A stretch of DNA of 64,000 nt, taken from assembly GCF_000315625.1 (NCBI RefSeq), contig NW_005434642.1, positions 283,131-347,130 of the forward strand. Reading direction: 5' to 3'. The notes beneath the pieces are model-generated. The model searched no databases and had not been told where the DNA came from. It saw nothing but the letters and a program-made list of their open reading frames with translations. Below, piece after piece: positions 48,766-61,494 of this stretch; the stretch's first letter is position 1, and each line of letters opens with the position of its first letter. Source of the stretch: Guillardia theta CCMP2712 (Eukaryota > Protista > Cryptophyta). The position numbers and the translations under genes were made by a program.

Positions 48766-51146
48766 ATGGAAGGTAACATTGACTAGAAGAGCGAGGGAGT
48801 AGGCGAGGAGTGAAGAGGAGAAGAGGGGGGAGATACAGGAAGAGAACGCGGGCGAGGATGGTAGAGCAGAGCAGAGTACCAAGAGGGAAGAGTTGCAGAG
48901 AGACAGATCGCATTGAGTTGCGGCGCAATCCTGCAGCCTGGCCCTGGGCTCAAAGAGAGGTAAAATTATGAATGAGAGGGAGGTCCAAGACGTTCAGAAT
49001 GATGGAAGATAGAGGAGCAGTTGCTATGAGAGAAGGAAGAAAGAATTTTTAAAAATTGCATGCTGGATCAGCCCTGATGATGTAGTTGCAGATCCCTTTG
49101 ATGCTTTCCAATCCAATCTACTTCGAACCCTCAGGGAAGGAGATCCCTACGTGGACCTGCAGCTTCAGCTTGGTAGGCCAGGTAATGAAAGTGATTGAAA
49201 TCGCAGCAAGCTTTCAGGACGGCTGAACTTTTGATTCGATAGGGAGTTCTGCTGGAACGTTTCATTGCCACAAGCACATGCTAGCAGCGCAGAGCCCTGT
49301 GTTCTCTCATCTGTTTCAACAGATGTCACTTCCTAACGCCGGCAAGGCAACTCTTCGTGTGGAATGCGATCCGGACGCGTTCAACGACATCATCCTCTAT
49401 GTTTATACTGGGCGAACTCAAGTAAGGCCGGACCATGCAGTCGAGATCCTGAATGTAGCACAACATTACGAGGTTTGTACGGCCCTTTTGAAAACAAGAT
49501 TCATCTGTTGAAAACGATTCAGATTGATGCGCTTGTACGCCTCTATTTCAACTTCCTGGAGAACTACATCTCTGTAGAAACGGTCAACTCGGTTCTCTGC
49601 TCTGCCTTGCAGGTTCTGCCCAGTTCTCATCGGTCTCCTCCTGTGACATTTCAGTCAGTTCGGTCTAGGTCAAGTCATTCAAATGTGCGAACGGTTCATC
49701 CTCGTCAATGCAACGCAGACCTTCGCCCATCCTTCGATCGAGCATCTTCCCGAAGATGCGCTCTGCAAACTGATCTCCAACGATGACCTGCAAATGCAAG
49801 AAATCGAGGTAGACAACAAGACGTTTTGCCCTTGTTCTCAGATCGTACACAACAGGTATTTCTTGCGGTGGTCAGGTGGGGCCAATCGCGCTTCAAGAAC
49901 GCATCCCAGCAAACCTTGCAGGCCAAGTTGTCGAATGCTATGCACTATGTGCGCTTCCCCAAGATTGATGTACACGAAGATCCTTGTGATGGCAAAGATT
50001 TGATTCGAACTGAGCAGGGAAAGGACATGGCTGAAGTCGTGGAGCCGACTGGTCTGGTTGAGACCTCGCTGTTGCTGGAGGGTTACAGGTTTCGTGCGAC
50101 GGGAGGAGAGCAGGCAAGTCACGTGTTGGTGCGATACTGAAAAGAGAGTGTAAACGTGGAGCAGGGAGGAATCCGATCGCAAGCGAACAGCCCAAGGTCT
50201 CAACAGAGTCGCCGTTTCATCTCTCGAAACTTGATCCAGCCTGCGTTCAATTCCCGCGCCTTCCCTAGCTTAGCAAGCCAATCCTCCTTCTCGCAGAAAC
50301 AGTACCAGTTTCCACCAGAGTCCAAGGTGCCTTTCGCCACTTTGTCCACCTCGCAGTATTTCTCAAGTTCATGTCACAGCAGCAGAACGTGAGCGTCGGC
50401 CTGGGCCTCGCTCTCAATTCGTCGCAATCAGGAATCCAAGTGACAGAAGTAGCTTCGTGGTGCCGGGTACAGCCATGTTCTTGAACTGATTCCTCCTTGT
50501 TGCCTTCTCAAAAGTCTTGCAATACTCTCGCTCTTTCCTCTTGCTGTTTTCTGATGTTTCTTCTTGTCAGGTCATTTCTGGTGACCTCCAGGTCTTGTCG
50601 TGACCCAAATCCTGTTAAAATCCTGACCTGCATGAAGAGGATCGAAGTAGGGGATGTGATCAAGGCAATCGACGGATGGACGGTGGCCTGGAACGTGGAG
50701 GCAGTCAAGAAACACCTCATGGGCCCCAAGGACACAAGGGTGGAGCTTTTGATCTCGCGCAATGGCGTTGAGTATCGGTAACAAGAGGGGAAGGATCTGT
50801 CGCCCTCTCAAACTAATTCGCTGCAGAGTGTATGTCCTCAGATGCGCGTCAGACGGTCACAGAGACATGAATGCTGAACGTGCTATGCAAGACTTCAGCA
50901 TGAGGTAAAACACAAGCAGAAACACTTGTGATCTGCTATGGTTATGAAATTTCTCACAGCTCAGCGTCGAGCATCAAACCCTTTGATCTCTCCAGGAGTG
51001 TAAATGAGGCAAGAGAGGTTCGGGCTCGCGCGGTTGCTTGCAGATACCCTTTGACGAGTTGTATGCAGTCCTTGCGGAACTTACAAAAGCAAACCGCTGA
51101 AGATTCCAGCCTCGGGCAAGATGACGGGCCATTGGAGGAAGTGTGA
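48766..51146 (+). CDS. BTB/POZ-BACK protein with a C-terminal PDZ domain, multi-exon
   Basis: ME|DPFDAF...FHCHKHMLAAQSPVF...DAFNDIILYVYTG (BTB); LISNDDLQMQEIE|VFLAVVRW...YVRFP (BACK); VGLGLAL...IEVGDVIKAIDG...HLMGPKDTRVELLISR (PDZ). Confidence 0.85.
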
Positions 51147-51864
51147 AAATTCACAGTTTGTTATCATTGTCAAACATAGTTGTCAATAAATAAGTATATA
51201 TAACTTATTCACAAAAGCTAGCACATAGTAATTACAGGACAGGAAACATTTACACAGATGAAATTCTTTGAATTGCAAAATTTGAAGATAAAGTACTACT
51301 GAGTTCGTCACGCCAAACCTGCACCTTTCAGTCAGAGCAATCACATACTGACAACGGAGGATGGATCTTTGCAAAAGAGTAGCTACGATTCGCCTTAATG
51401 TCTTCACGCTCCTCTCCCGTCAGACTCGCTCAGAACCTCTCCGCTGCTCTACAAGCCCGAGGGCGAGAACGCGCTAGAGAGGTCTCGGGAGGACGAGGAG
51501 AGGACAGGATAGCATCAGACAGTTCAAATCTTCACAGCCACTCAAAAAGGTCCAATGATGCATTCACTGAGCCTCGCACAGAGGCGGAAGAATAGGAGGT
51601 AAGGAGCCGAAATGATCGAGGGGTGGGGAAAAAAAGAGGGGAGAGAGACATCGTGTAGGGAGAGGAGGAGAGAAGGGGGACGCAGAAAAGCGAAGAGGTC
51701 GTCAAGTTCGCTGTAAATCATCAAGGATGGAAGAGAAAAGGAAAACATACAGCAAGGCCGTCGAAATAAGATGATTGAAGGCGGCAGGACAGAGGAGGTG
51801 GAAACATGGCTTTGTAGATCGAAGAATAGGACTCCAATGGATGAAGCGAGTGAGACGGGGAGAG

Positions 51865-51968
51865 GGAGCAGACGAATAGAGCAGACGAATAGAGCAGATG
51901 AACAGAGCTGACGAATAGAGCAGACGAATAGAGCAGATGAATAGAGCAGATGAATAGAGCAGATAAAA
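51865..51968. repeat. 13-bp tandem repeat (GAGCAGA[C/T]GAATA)x~8
   Basis: Direct inspection. Confidence 0.92.
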
Positions 51969-52095
51969 GCAATGGAAGGGGAGAGACGCTCCGATTTTTG
52001 TAGATGAGGCAAAGAATATTTGAGCTTGTCAACACATACAAGGAAACAAGCAAGAATGGGAAGGAAAGAAGAGGACACGCTTTGGTGCACATTGA

Positions 52096-52250
52096 AGGAG
52101 GGAGGAGGGGAGGGAAGGGAGGGGGAGGGGGGAGGGAGGGGAGGAGGGGAGGAGGGGAGGAGGGAGGAGGGAGGAGGGAGGGGAGGGAGGGAGGGAGGGA
52201 GGGAGGAGGGAGGAGGGAGGAGGGAGGAGGGAGAATGAGCAGGAGGAGAG
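52096..52250. repeat. G/A-only low-complexity tract (GGA/GGGA)
   Basis: Direct inspection. Confidence 0.9.
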
Positions 52251-52489
52251 CGAGTTGAGCCTCACCTGGTGCCATACAAACCGTTACAAATGTCATCGGC
52301 GTAACGTACATGATATATTACTTATATTTTAAAGAGCACTAATAATGCAGGCAATGAATTTCCATACAACTATCTAAAATTATTTCTCTCTTTGCCAGAA
52401 TAATAATATTGATAAATGATTAGTACCATCAACAACTTGTATTAATCCAAATATACATGTAAATCTATTTTTAGCTGATAGTCCTAAAC

Positions 52490-53200
52490 TGGCATTACCC
52501 TACCCATAAATTCATTTACTGCGTTGTCCCACCCCAGCCTATCCAATACTCCCACCCCACCATCAAATGACCAAACAATGTTAAAATACCCACCCCCTTA
52601 TATTTCTCTTTCAAAATGCAGTTTGTACCTTTTGTCGTACTACCCTCATCGTAGTACCTAATCCGACACCCCTACCACCCCTCTTCCTAAAACATCGTTG
52701 CCCCACCCCCTGTCAATTCCATCCCCCTGCCTCTACTGACTCGGCCTCCTTTCAGTTTCCTAATGCAGTCTCTACCCCCCTTATCACCACAAATAGACCA
52801 CCCCCCGACCTAGGTCTGCTACGCCTATGCAATTACACCCCAAGTGGTGAGAGGAGGTGGGGTACCCACTCGTCTAACATAGTTCCTACAGTATCATTAC
52901 ATCATTTCCCTTAGGAAGGTACCACCCTTCTACCATTCTACCCCCAAGAATCGCAGGAAATCCGATCCAACAAAAAGCGCTTAGAGGAGGACCCACCTGT
53001 ACAACCCCTGTCATCTAGCCGCATCCTGAGTACCCTTCCTGGACATACCTTTGCCTCAACTGGATCGTTGAGCTCAAGGTTCACTTTTCTATAATTAGAC
53101 CAAAGACTTTTTTCGAGATCCCGCTGTGACCGTCGTAGGATGCAATACACCCCGTGCACCATAGGGTAGGGATATATTACCCCACCCCTCCTTGAGCCGA
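52490..53200. promoter_or_regulatory. Long TACCCC/CACCCC island upstream of EEF2, flanked by AT-rich DNA
   Basis: About 700 bp of TACCC/CACCCC words, with AT-rich flanks at 52310-52490 and 53270-53515. Confidence 0.5.
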
Positions 53201-53557
53201 ATCTTGTCGTTTGCAGGGGCCGGTACTAAATTACATCGTACAAGTGATATAGGAAATTTTATATCTGTACCAAAGAAAGCATTATTGCCCAAAAAGAAGT
53301 ACAGCGAGAGAGTCTTATGCTACAATCACCTGATTATAAGGTACTAAAATTCCCAGCACAAATCCCTGTAACGTTATGACTTTGTATAAATATAGTAGTA
53401 GATGTACCGATCACTTTGTATGTTCAGAGATGGAATATAAAACTTTATAAATAAATTTGTACCAAATTCTTATAGTGTAGAACATTCAGTACTAGAGTTT
53501 TGCACCGTCTAAAAAATACGCCACGCACGCGCGCCGCCGCCGTAGTCTCCAGTCGCC

Positions 53558-56500
53558 ATGGTAAGCACGATGCAGGGTCGCTCCGTCCTCTCATGCTCGC
53601 TTCCCCCTTGTATTCTTGAACGGCTTTCGCTTTGGCGTCATTTTCTTGTATCCTGTTTCCTGTGCTGTCTTCAATTCCTCCGAATGGTCAACCGTTGCTT
53701 CGCTCCACGTGACATGGCAATCCCTACAGGTGAACTTCACAATTCCCCAGCTTCGTGCTATCATGGACAAGCCGAAGAACATTCGTAACATGTCCGTGAT
53801 TGCTCACGTTGACCACGGTAAGAATCGAGGTCTTCGTAATCAGAGCACATGCTGATGCGTTGATTAGGAAAGTCTACTTTGACCGACTCCTTGGTTGCTG
53901 CTGCTGGCATTATCTCTATGGCTTCTGCTGGTGACCAGCGTTTGACCGACACTCGTGCCGACGAGGCTGAGCGTGGTATCACCATCAAGTCCACTGGTAT
54001 CTCGCTTTACAACGAGATCTCCGAGGTTGATGTCAGAGGAGAAACAAGAGAAATGCTGAATATCGCGCAGGAAGAGATTCCCGACGCTAAGATGCCCAAG
54101 GATTCCGCGGGACGTGAATTCCTTATCAACTTGATCGATTCTCCAGGGCACGTTGACTTCTCCGCTGAGGCAAACTCCCACCTAACTCGGTGTGCCGGTT
54201 GTGATTTTGAGGACAGGTTACTGCGGCTCTTCGTATCACTGATGGCGCTTTGGTTGTTGTGGATTCCATCGAAGGAGTTTCTGTGCAGACCGAGACTGTT
54301 TTGCGTCAGGTGTGATAGTACATCACAAGGTTGTTCTTCCACGTGACACATGGTTGTGAAGGCTCTCGGTGAGAGGATCAAGCCCGTTCTCACTGTCAAC
54401 AAGTTGGATCGTGGTTTCCTTGAGTTGCAGGTATAATGTTTTTTCGAATCGCCGTGTGTTTCTGAATTTCTTTTCTGCAAAGCTCGACTGGGAGTCTATG
54501 TACACCAACTTCTCCAAGCACGTTGAGAACGTCAACGTTATCATCTCCACCTACAAGGACGAGGCTATGGGTGATTTGCAGGTAGAGTTTTTGTGAAGGT
54601 TGTTCCCCTTTGTGATGAATCTGTATCAGGTCTATCCCGACAAGGGAACTGTCTCTTTCTCCGCTGGTCTTCACGGATGGGCCTTCACCCTCCCTCAGTT
54701 TGCCCGTATGTACGCCAAGAAGTTCGGTGTCAGTGAGGAGAAGGTACTCGATGACTAATGACACCGAATGACGCAAGTAAGCCCTGTGCGTTTCGCAGAT
54801 GTGCGAGAGATTGTGGGGTGAGAACTACTTCAACCCTGCTGAGAAGAAGTGGACCAAGGAGGGAGACACTGCCAACCGCGCATTCAACATGTTCATCTTG
54901 GATCCCATCGGCAAGATTGTTCAGGCCACCATGAATGACCAGCTGGACAAGCTGGAGAAGATGCTCTCTGCTTTGAACATCAAGATGAAGAAGGAGGATC
55001 TCGAGCTCAAGGTTTGTTTCGTCACATTGAACGATATCCACCTGAAAATGTTGTGCTGCAGGGCAAGGCTTTGCTCAAGAGAACTATGCAGTCCTGGATC
55101 CCTGCCCACAAGGCTCTTTTGGAGATGATGATTCTTCACTTGCCTTCGCCCGCCGCTGCTCAGAAGTATCGTGCTGAGCTGCTCTACACCGGACCTGCTG
55201 ATGATGCTTGCTGCACCGGAATCCGCGAGTGCAACCCTGAGGCCCCATTGGTGCTCTACGTCTCCAAGATGGTTCCATCGGCGGACAAGGGAAGGTTCAT
55301 CGCTTTCGGACGTGTGTTCTCTGGAACTGTTCAGGCTGGTGTCAAGATCAGGATCATGGGACCCAACTACGTTCCTGGAAAGAAGGAAGACTTGAACATC
55401 AAGTCTATCCAGCGTGTTGTGCTGTTCATGGGAAGGAAGCAGGACCCCGTTGACACTGTTCCTGTTGGTAACACTTGCGGTTTGATTGGTATCGATCAGT
55501 TCCTTGTCAAGACCGGTACCCTCACCACCGCTGAGGATGGCTACCCCATGAAGGACATGAAGTTCTCTGTGTCCCCCGTTGTGCGTTGCGCCGTTGAGCC
55601 CAAGAACCCCCAGGATCTTCCCAAGCTTGTTGAGGGTCTTAAGCGTTTGGCCAAGTCCGATCCTATGGTTGTCATCTCTATCGAGGAGTCTGGAGAGCAC
55701 ATCGTTGCCGGAGCAGGAGAGCTTCACATGGAGATCTGCTTGAAGGATTTGCAGGATGATTACATGAACGGAGCACCCCTCAAGATCTCTGATCCAGTTG
55801 TGTCTTACCGTGAGACTGTCACTGCTGAGACTGATCAGGAGTGCATGTCCAAGTCCCCCAACAAGCACAACCGTCTTTACTTCAAGGCTCTTCCCCTCGG
55901 AGAGGAGCTCACCAACATCATCGATGACGGACAGATCACTCCCAGGGATGATGTCAAGGTTCGCGGTCGTCGTTTGGCTGATGAATTTGGATGGGATGTC
56001 GACATTGCTCGTAAGATCTGGGCGTTCGGTCCCGACATTGTTGGTCCCAACTTGGTTTGCGATGCCACCAAGGCTGTGCAGTTCTTGAACGAGATCAAGG
56101 ATTCCGTCGTTGCTGGCTTCAACTGGGTTACCAAGGAAGGCGTTATTTGCGAGGAGAACATGCGCGGAATCTGCTTCCAGATTCTCGATGTGACCATGCA
56201 CGCTGATGCCATCCACAGAGGTGGTGGACAGATCATCCCTACCGCCCGTAGGGTTATGTATGCTGCCGAGATGTTGTCACAGCCCCGTCTCATGGAGCCC
56301 GTCTTCCTTGTCGAGATCCAGTGCCCTGAGCAGGCTATGGGAGGAATCTATTCTTGTTTGAACAGGCGTCGTGGACAGGTGTTTGAGGAGAACCAGCGTC
56401 CTGGAACTCCTTTGTACAACGTGAAAGCTTACTTGCCCGTTTCTGAGTCCTTCGGCTTCGACTCCGATCTCCGTGCCCAGACTGCTGGTCAGGCGTTCCC

Positions 56501-56648
56501 TCAGTGCGTGTTCGATCACTGGGATCTTGTTCTCGGTGATCCTCTTGCTCCTGGCAAGCTCCGTGATGAGGTCATCGCCGGCATCCGCAAGCGTAAGGGT
56601 CTCGCCGTCGAGGTTCCTCCTCTCGACCGCTTCAAGGACAAGTTGTAA
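53558..56648 (+). CDS. EEF2: Eukaryotic translation elongation factor 2
   Basis: M|VNFTI...[13 protein letters not shown]|[33 protein letters not shown], diphthamide loop [23 protein letters not shown]-terminal DKL*. Confidence 0.98.
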
Positions 56649-56855
56649 ACGGAAAGAGTTTGACGTAGAGATGCGATGCTCATGGTAGTTACATTTTGGT
56701 TATTAATCTTGAATCCTGGCTTTTGACGAGATAGGGACATCTGCGTTTTTTTGCAGTAGAACCGTCTTCTTAAAGAAAATAAACTTGATCTTTCCACCAG
56801 CGCTTGACTTGTCTGGTCTAACATACATGCTACATGCTTGCTGCCCCATGCTCGT

Positions 56856-59800
56856 TCACCGGAACAGAAAGTTGAGATCTTGTGTCCTCACTCGCTGCAG
56901 CTCCCCCTTGGAACTGACGCTCATGGCGCCGGCGATGAGCTGCTCCTTCTTGTGCTGGAGCTCGAGGATGCGCTCCTCGATGGTGCCTGTGATGACGAAC
57001 TTGACCACGCGGACGTCCTTCGTCTGCCCGAGCCGATAGACCCGGTCCATGGCCTGATGGAGGCGATCAGAAAGCGCAGGCGAAAGGAGGAGGGAGTAGG
57101 AAGGGGAGGGAGGAACGAAGCTGTGAAGGAGAGTGCAGGGTGGGGAGGAGGAGCTTGCCTGTTTCTCCACAGCGCTGTTCCACCACAAGTCTGTGATGAA
57201 GACATGGTTGGCGACGACCAGGTTGAGCCCGGTGCCTCCTGCCTTCATGCTGATGAGGAGAATCTGCAGCTGCAGGCCGGTCACTAGAGACAAGAGCAGG
57301 AGGAGACGGTAGAGAGAGTAAGGCAGGAAGGCGTTGGAGGGTTTCAGGGGAGTAGTCAGGGGAGGAGGATGGTAGAGAAGGAGAGAGCACGAGGTAGTGT
57401 AGAAGGAACACAAGGGAGTAGCGGAGGAGGAGCGGGGGGCAGTGGAGCGAGGAGAGCGGATGCCTACCTGCTGGTCGTTCTGGAAGCTCTCGATGACATG
57501 GTCCCTCTTGGCTCGGGTCAGTCGCCCGTCCAACTTGGCGAAGGTGCCAGGGACGAGGCTCGACTCGATGATGTCGAGGAAGGAAGTGAACTGAGAAAAG
57601 ATGACAACCTGAGAGCAGGGAGATCAGTGTCATGCTGTTCCTGCCCACCTCTCCTCCCCCTCATCTCCATCTCCCTCCTCCTCTTGCACTGTGCCCTCGT
57701 ACGATCCTCTTGCTCCAGCTCTTGGCCTCCCTCCCTCCTCTGTTGCCCCCCCGCTCCTCTCCGTCTTTTGCACCTTGTCTCCCGGCGCAGTCTCCCGCAG
57801 CTGCTCGATCTCGCTCAAGATCGCCTTCAGCTTGGTGCTCATGTAAACTCCCTCCTCTCCCCCCTCCCTGCCCTCCCTGCCAGCCTGCCCTGCTCCCGAG
57901 CGCTCGACGACGTCGCCGGGGGAGATGATGGCGCGGCACAGAGGGCACTTGGGAGGAGCTTGCGAGAGCTCAGAGCACTGCTCGATGCACCTGGCGAGGC
58001 ATCCCTTGCAGAAGATGTGGGCGCACTTGGTGATGACAGCTCGTTCGATGGGCTCAAGGCACACGCAGCACTCCTCCTCGCCCGAGGAGAGCTTCTCCTC
58101 CAGCACCTGCTCCAGCCGCTTCACCTGCCAGCAACATCAGCTCAGGGGGAAGGGGAGAAGGGGCGAGGGAGGGGAAGAAGAGAAGCAGAGGGGGGTGGGA
58201 GGGAAAGAAGAGGAGGGGGAAGGGAGGGGAGGAAGAGGAGCAGGAAGAGGAGGAGGGGCGAGGGAGGAGGAAGAGGAGGGGGAAGGAAGAGGAGGAGGTC
58301 TGAACACACCTCTGCTATGTCGGAGGCGGAGAGGTTGGAGGGGTTGAGCTCCGTGGCAGGCAGCAGCTGCTTGTGGCAGCAGAGTTGCCGCAGCCGCACG
58401 AGCCGCTCGAGGATCTTAGTGTAGTGCGACATGACCGTCCCCTCTTTGATGTACGTCCTGAGCATGGCCTGCACACTGGGTCATGCACGGCAGAAGGGGA
58501 GGCGGAGAGAGGAGGCGCAGGAAACAGGAGAAAAAGATATGAAGAGGAGTGGAAGGAGGGGAGGGGAGGGGAGGGGAGGGGAGGGGAGGGGAGGGGAGGG
58601 GAGGAAGGGAGCAGGAGAGTCCTATCACCTTGCCGCTCTGGAAGAGAGCGTCGTAGATCTCCTGCTCCTCCTCCGAGAGCTCCAGGTGCCTCACAATCTC
58701 CTGCTTCTTTGGCAGCTGCAGAATTGGCTTCCCTCCTATCTTCTGCGTCTTGGACCTTCGCAGGCAGTAGGTACCGAGGATGGAGCGGACGATGGAGAGG
58801 CCCTGCTCCCTCCTGCTCGCCACCTTGGACCTCGCGGGGTCGCTGATGAGGCAGCGGAACCATTCGAAATCCTGCAGCACGCGGTGGATGTCAAATCCCT
58901 CCTGCACTGCAACACCCCCCCCATAACCGACCCCACGTGCAGAAAGCACACCCCGATCCTCGTCCCCCCCCCCCCCCCAACTCAATCATCGTCATCCTCT
59001 CCTCCTCCTCTCCCCCAAATCCTTGTCCTCGTTCTCCTCCTATCCCCTATTCCCCTCCTCCTCCTCTCTCCCCCTTCTCCTCTTCCTCGTCACACCTTGA
59101 AGGGATAGATCTGCAGGAAAGCAAAGAGCGAGTAAAGGTCGTCAAGCTTGTTCTGTAGAGGCGTCCCGGTCACTACCCACCTCCTCTCAGCATTCAGCTG
59201 GAGTACAGCCCGGCTTTGCTTCGCCTGCAGGACATTTCAGGGCAGGGAGAAGGAGGAGGAGAGTTTGGTGGAAGGCGGAAAAGAGGAGAGGTAAGTGGAG
59301 CAGATGCAGGAATAGGAGGACTGAGGAGGACCGAGAAGGAGGAAGGATTGGGAGTAGATGAGGACTGGGAAGGATGAGGAGGAGGAGGAAGAGGAGGAGG
59401 AGGAGGAGGAGGAGGAGGAGGAGGATGAGGATGAGGAGAGACTGGAAGGAGGAGATCAACTCAGACCTTGGGGTTGCAGATGACGTGGCCCTCGTCCAGC
59501 ACCACCCTCCTCCATTGGAAGGAGTGGAGCACAGAGGCCTGCTCGCCCCGGGCCTGGCGGGAGAACTCCGAGGCAAGGACCGGGTAGGTAGACAGGACGA
59601 TGTCTTGCTCCTTGAGTAGCTCAGGGTCCTTGGTCCTCATGGGCCCGTGGAAGACAAGGACCTTGAGTCGATCGTTGGTGTGGGTCTGAATCTGCTTCCT
59701 CCAGTTCTGGAGGACGGAGAGAGGACACACGATGAGGGTGGGCCCCTGCGATCTGTGGGTCTTGAAGTAGTCGAGAGGAGGAGGGGAGGAGGATGAGCTG

Positions 59801-61023
59801 GCGAGGTTCAGATTCTCAAGGCCTCGGATGAGATCCGCACAGTCGTCTTCTTCCGCTCCTTGCCCGAGGGCCCTGCTGCCCTCCTCCTCCTCCAGCTCCG
59901 CCGTCCGATCGGCTACGACGAGCGCCAGGACCGTAATGGTCTTGCCCAGACCCATGTCGTCGGCAAGGATGCCCCCCTGGATCTCAAGAGGAGGGTTCTG
60001 CAGCTCGACCTCCTCCCCTGTGATCACGTTGGAGTATCCTCGGAAGGCAGGAAGATGCAGTTCCTCCCAGAAGAGCTTGCACACTCTGTCTGCGGCCTCC
60101 CGCTGCTGCATCCATGCAAGCGCCACCTCCTGGTGGGGCATCAGCCGTGTGGTGAGGCCAGGAGGCGTCCGCAGCCTGTCCTCGTCCTCGATGTCGACAT
60201 CACTCTTGAACACACTCTCGAGCATGGAGGACTTCGTCTCCCTCCCCTCCAACGATGCAGAAGGAGATGTCGCCGCGTTCCCTTCACGCACAGCAGCCAA
60301 GTCTGTCTCCTCGGAAGAATCCAAGGAGTCCCCAAGGGCAGGAGCCACGTCAGGTACGGAGACGACGAGGCTGGACTCGTCCTCATCGACGTTGACATGC
60401 TCGTGCACGTCCTGCTGGTTGGTCAAGACCGCTTCTTGGACGTCGGCAGGGTTGAGAGTTTGCGCCTGCTCCGTTGTGTCCGCTTGCTCGCTGTTGGTGT
60501 TCTCAGCCAGTGCTAGCTGATCGACCTCAATCTGTTCATTCTCTTGCACCACATTTTGATGTTCCACATCCTCATGTACCGGATCCTCATCGCTCTTAAG
60601 ATGATCTTCGCTTCTTCCTGGCTCAAAACCGTGCAAGTCATATTGGTCGTACTGCTTTTCAGAGTCAGTGGGATCATCCCGCAACAGCAGCAAGTCTTTG
60701 CTGGCACCACCAGCCGCTAGAATGGCATTCTTGCTCGACAATGTACGCATTGCCTCTGAGGAGAGCATCAGCACAAGCCATACCACTGCTATCTTGGATA
60801 CAACCCCGAATCGAGAAAATGTCCTGAATAGCTTTCGAGGTGTTTCCGGATTCTTCAACTCTTCACATACATTATGTAACAACACATTCCTGATTCTGTG
60901 ACTCCCTCCACGGAGATGGTTCAGAGCGAATGGCCTCTGTGCATTCAGACTCGTCCTGCTCTGTACCCCCAGGTGCCCTGCCATCGAAGGACATCTGGCA
61001 TTTTTGCTGAAAGAATATTCCAT
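56856..61023 (-). CDS. SNF2-family helicase with internal RING finger (RAD5/HLTF-like), multi-exon; start uncertain
   Basis: [65 protein letters not shown]...CAHIFCKGC...[33 protein letters not shown]. Confidence 0.93.
59375..59440. repeat. (GAG)n repeat in a helicase intron
   Basis: Direct inspection. Confidence 0.9.
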
Positions 61024-61494
61024 TCTCGGACGTTGGAAGTCTGACAAGTCTCACAAGATGGATTGTTCAAGAATGCAGCTGTAGAAACGACAAACAAAAG
61101 AATAAAGATCTCTCACGAGCACTTCTCAAGTGGACTCAGGGACATCCCTTGCGTGTTGGCGTGCGTCCGTGGACCCAAGGCTGATCCGACACATCCCCTC
61201 TTGCAGGGATCCTTGCTCCTCACACACAACGCGACGAGTTTCTCTCATGGAACTTTCAACTTCGACCCCTCAGCGCTCACCATTCTCTGAACCCATTGCA
61301 TTGCCCCCGTCCCGTCTCGCTCCCACGCCATGGCCCCACGCCTTGTTGAAAAGTTTGAATCTGTAACTGTTTGTAACCGTTCCATTCTTTGGTGGGAGCT
61401 CAAAGTGTGTACAATGAGAGTTACTACCCGGTTATTGTCCAGGAAATGGATGAGCAAAGGGGGGGTGGGTTAGTGGAGGGTCGGTGGAGGCGCC

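Noticed and set aside
51865-51968. Regular short repeats as a possible CRISPR array
   Set aside because: Contiguous 13-bp tandem units with no unique spacers and no cas genes; eukaryotic context.
54921-56216. 431-aa ORF antisense to EEF2
   Set aside because: Shadow frame produced by the strong codon bias of EEF2; no recognisable motifs.
57369-58424. 351-aa plus-strand ORF within the helicase locus
   Set aside because: Antisense to helicase exons and G/A-repeat introns; low complexity.
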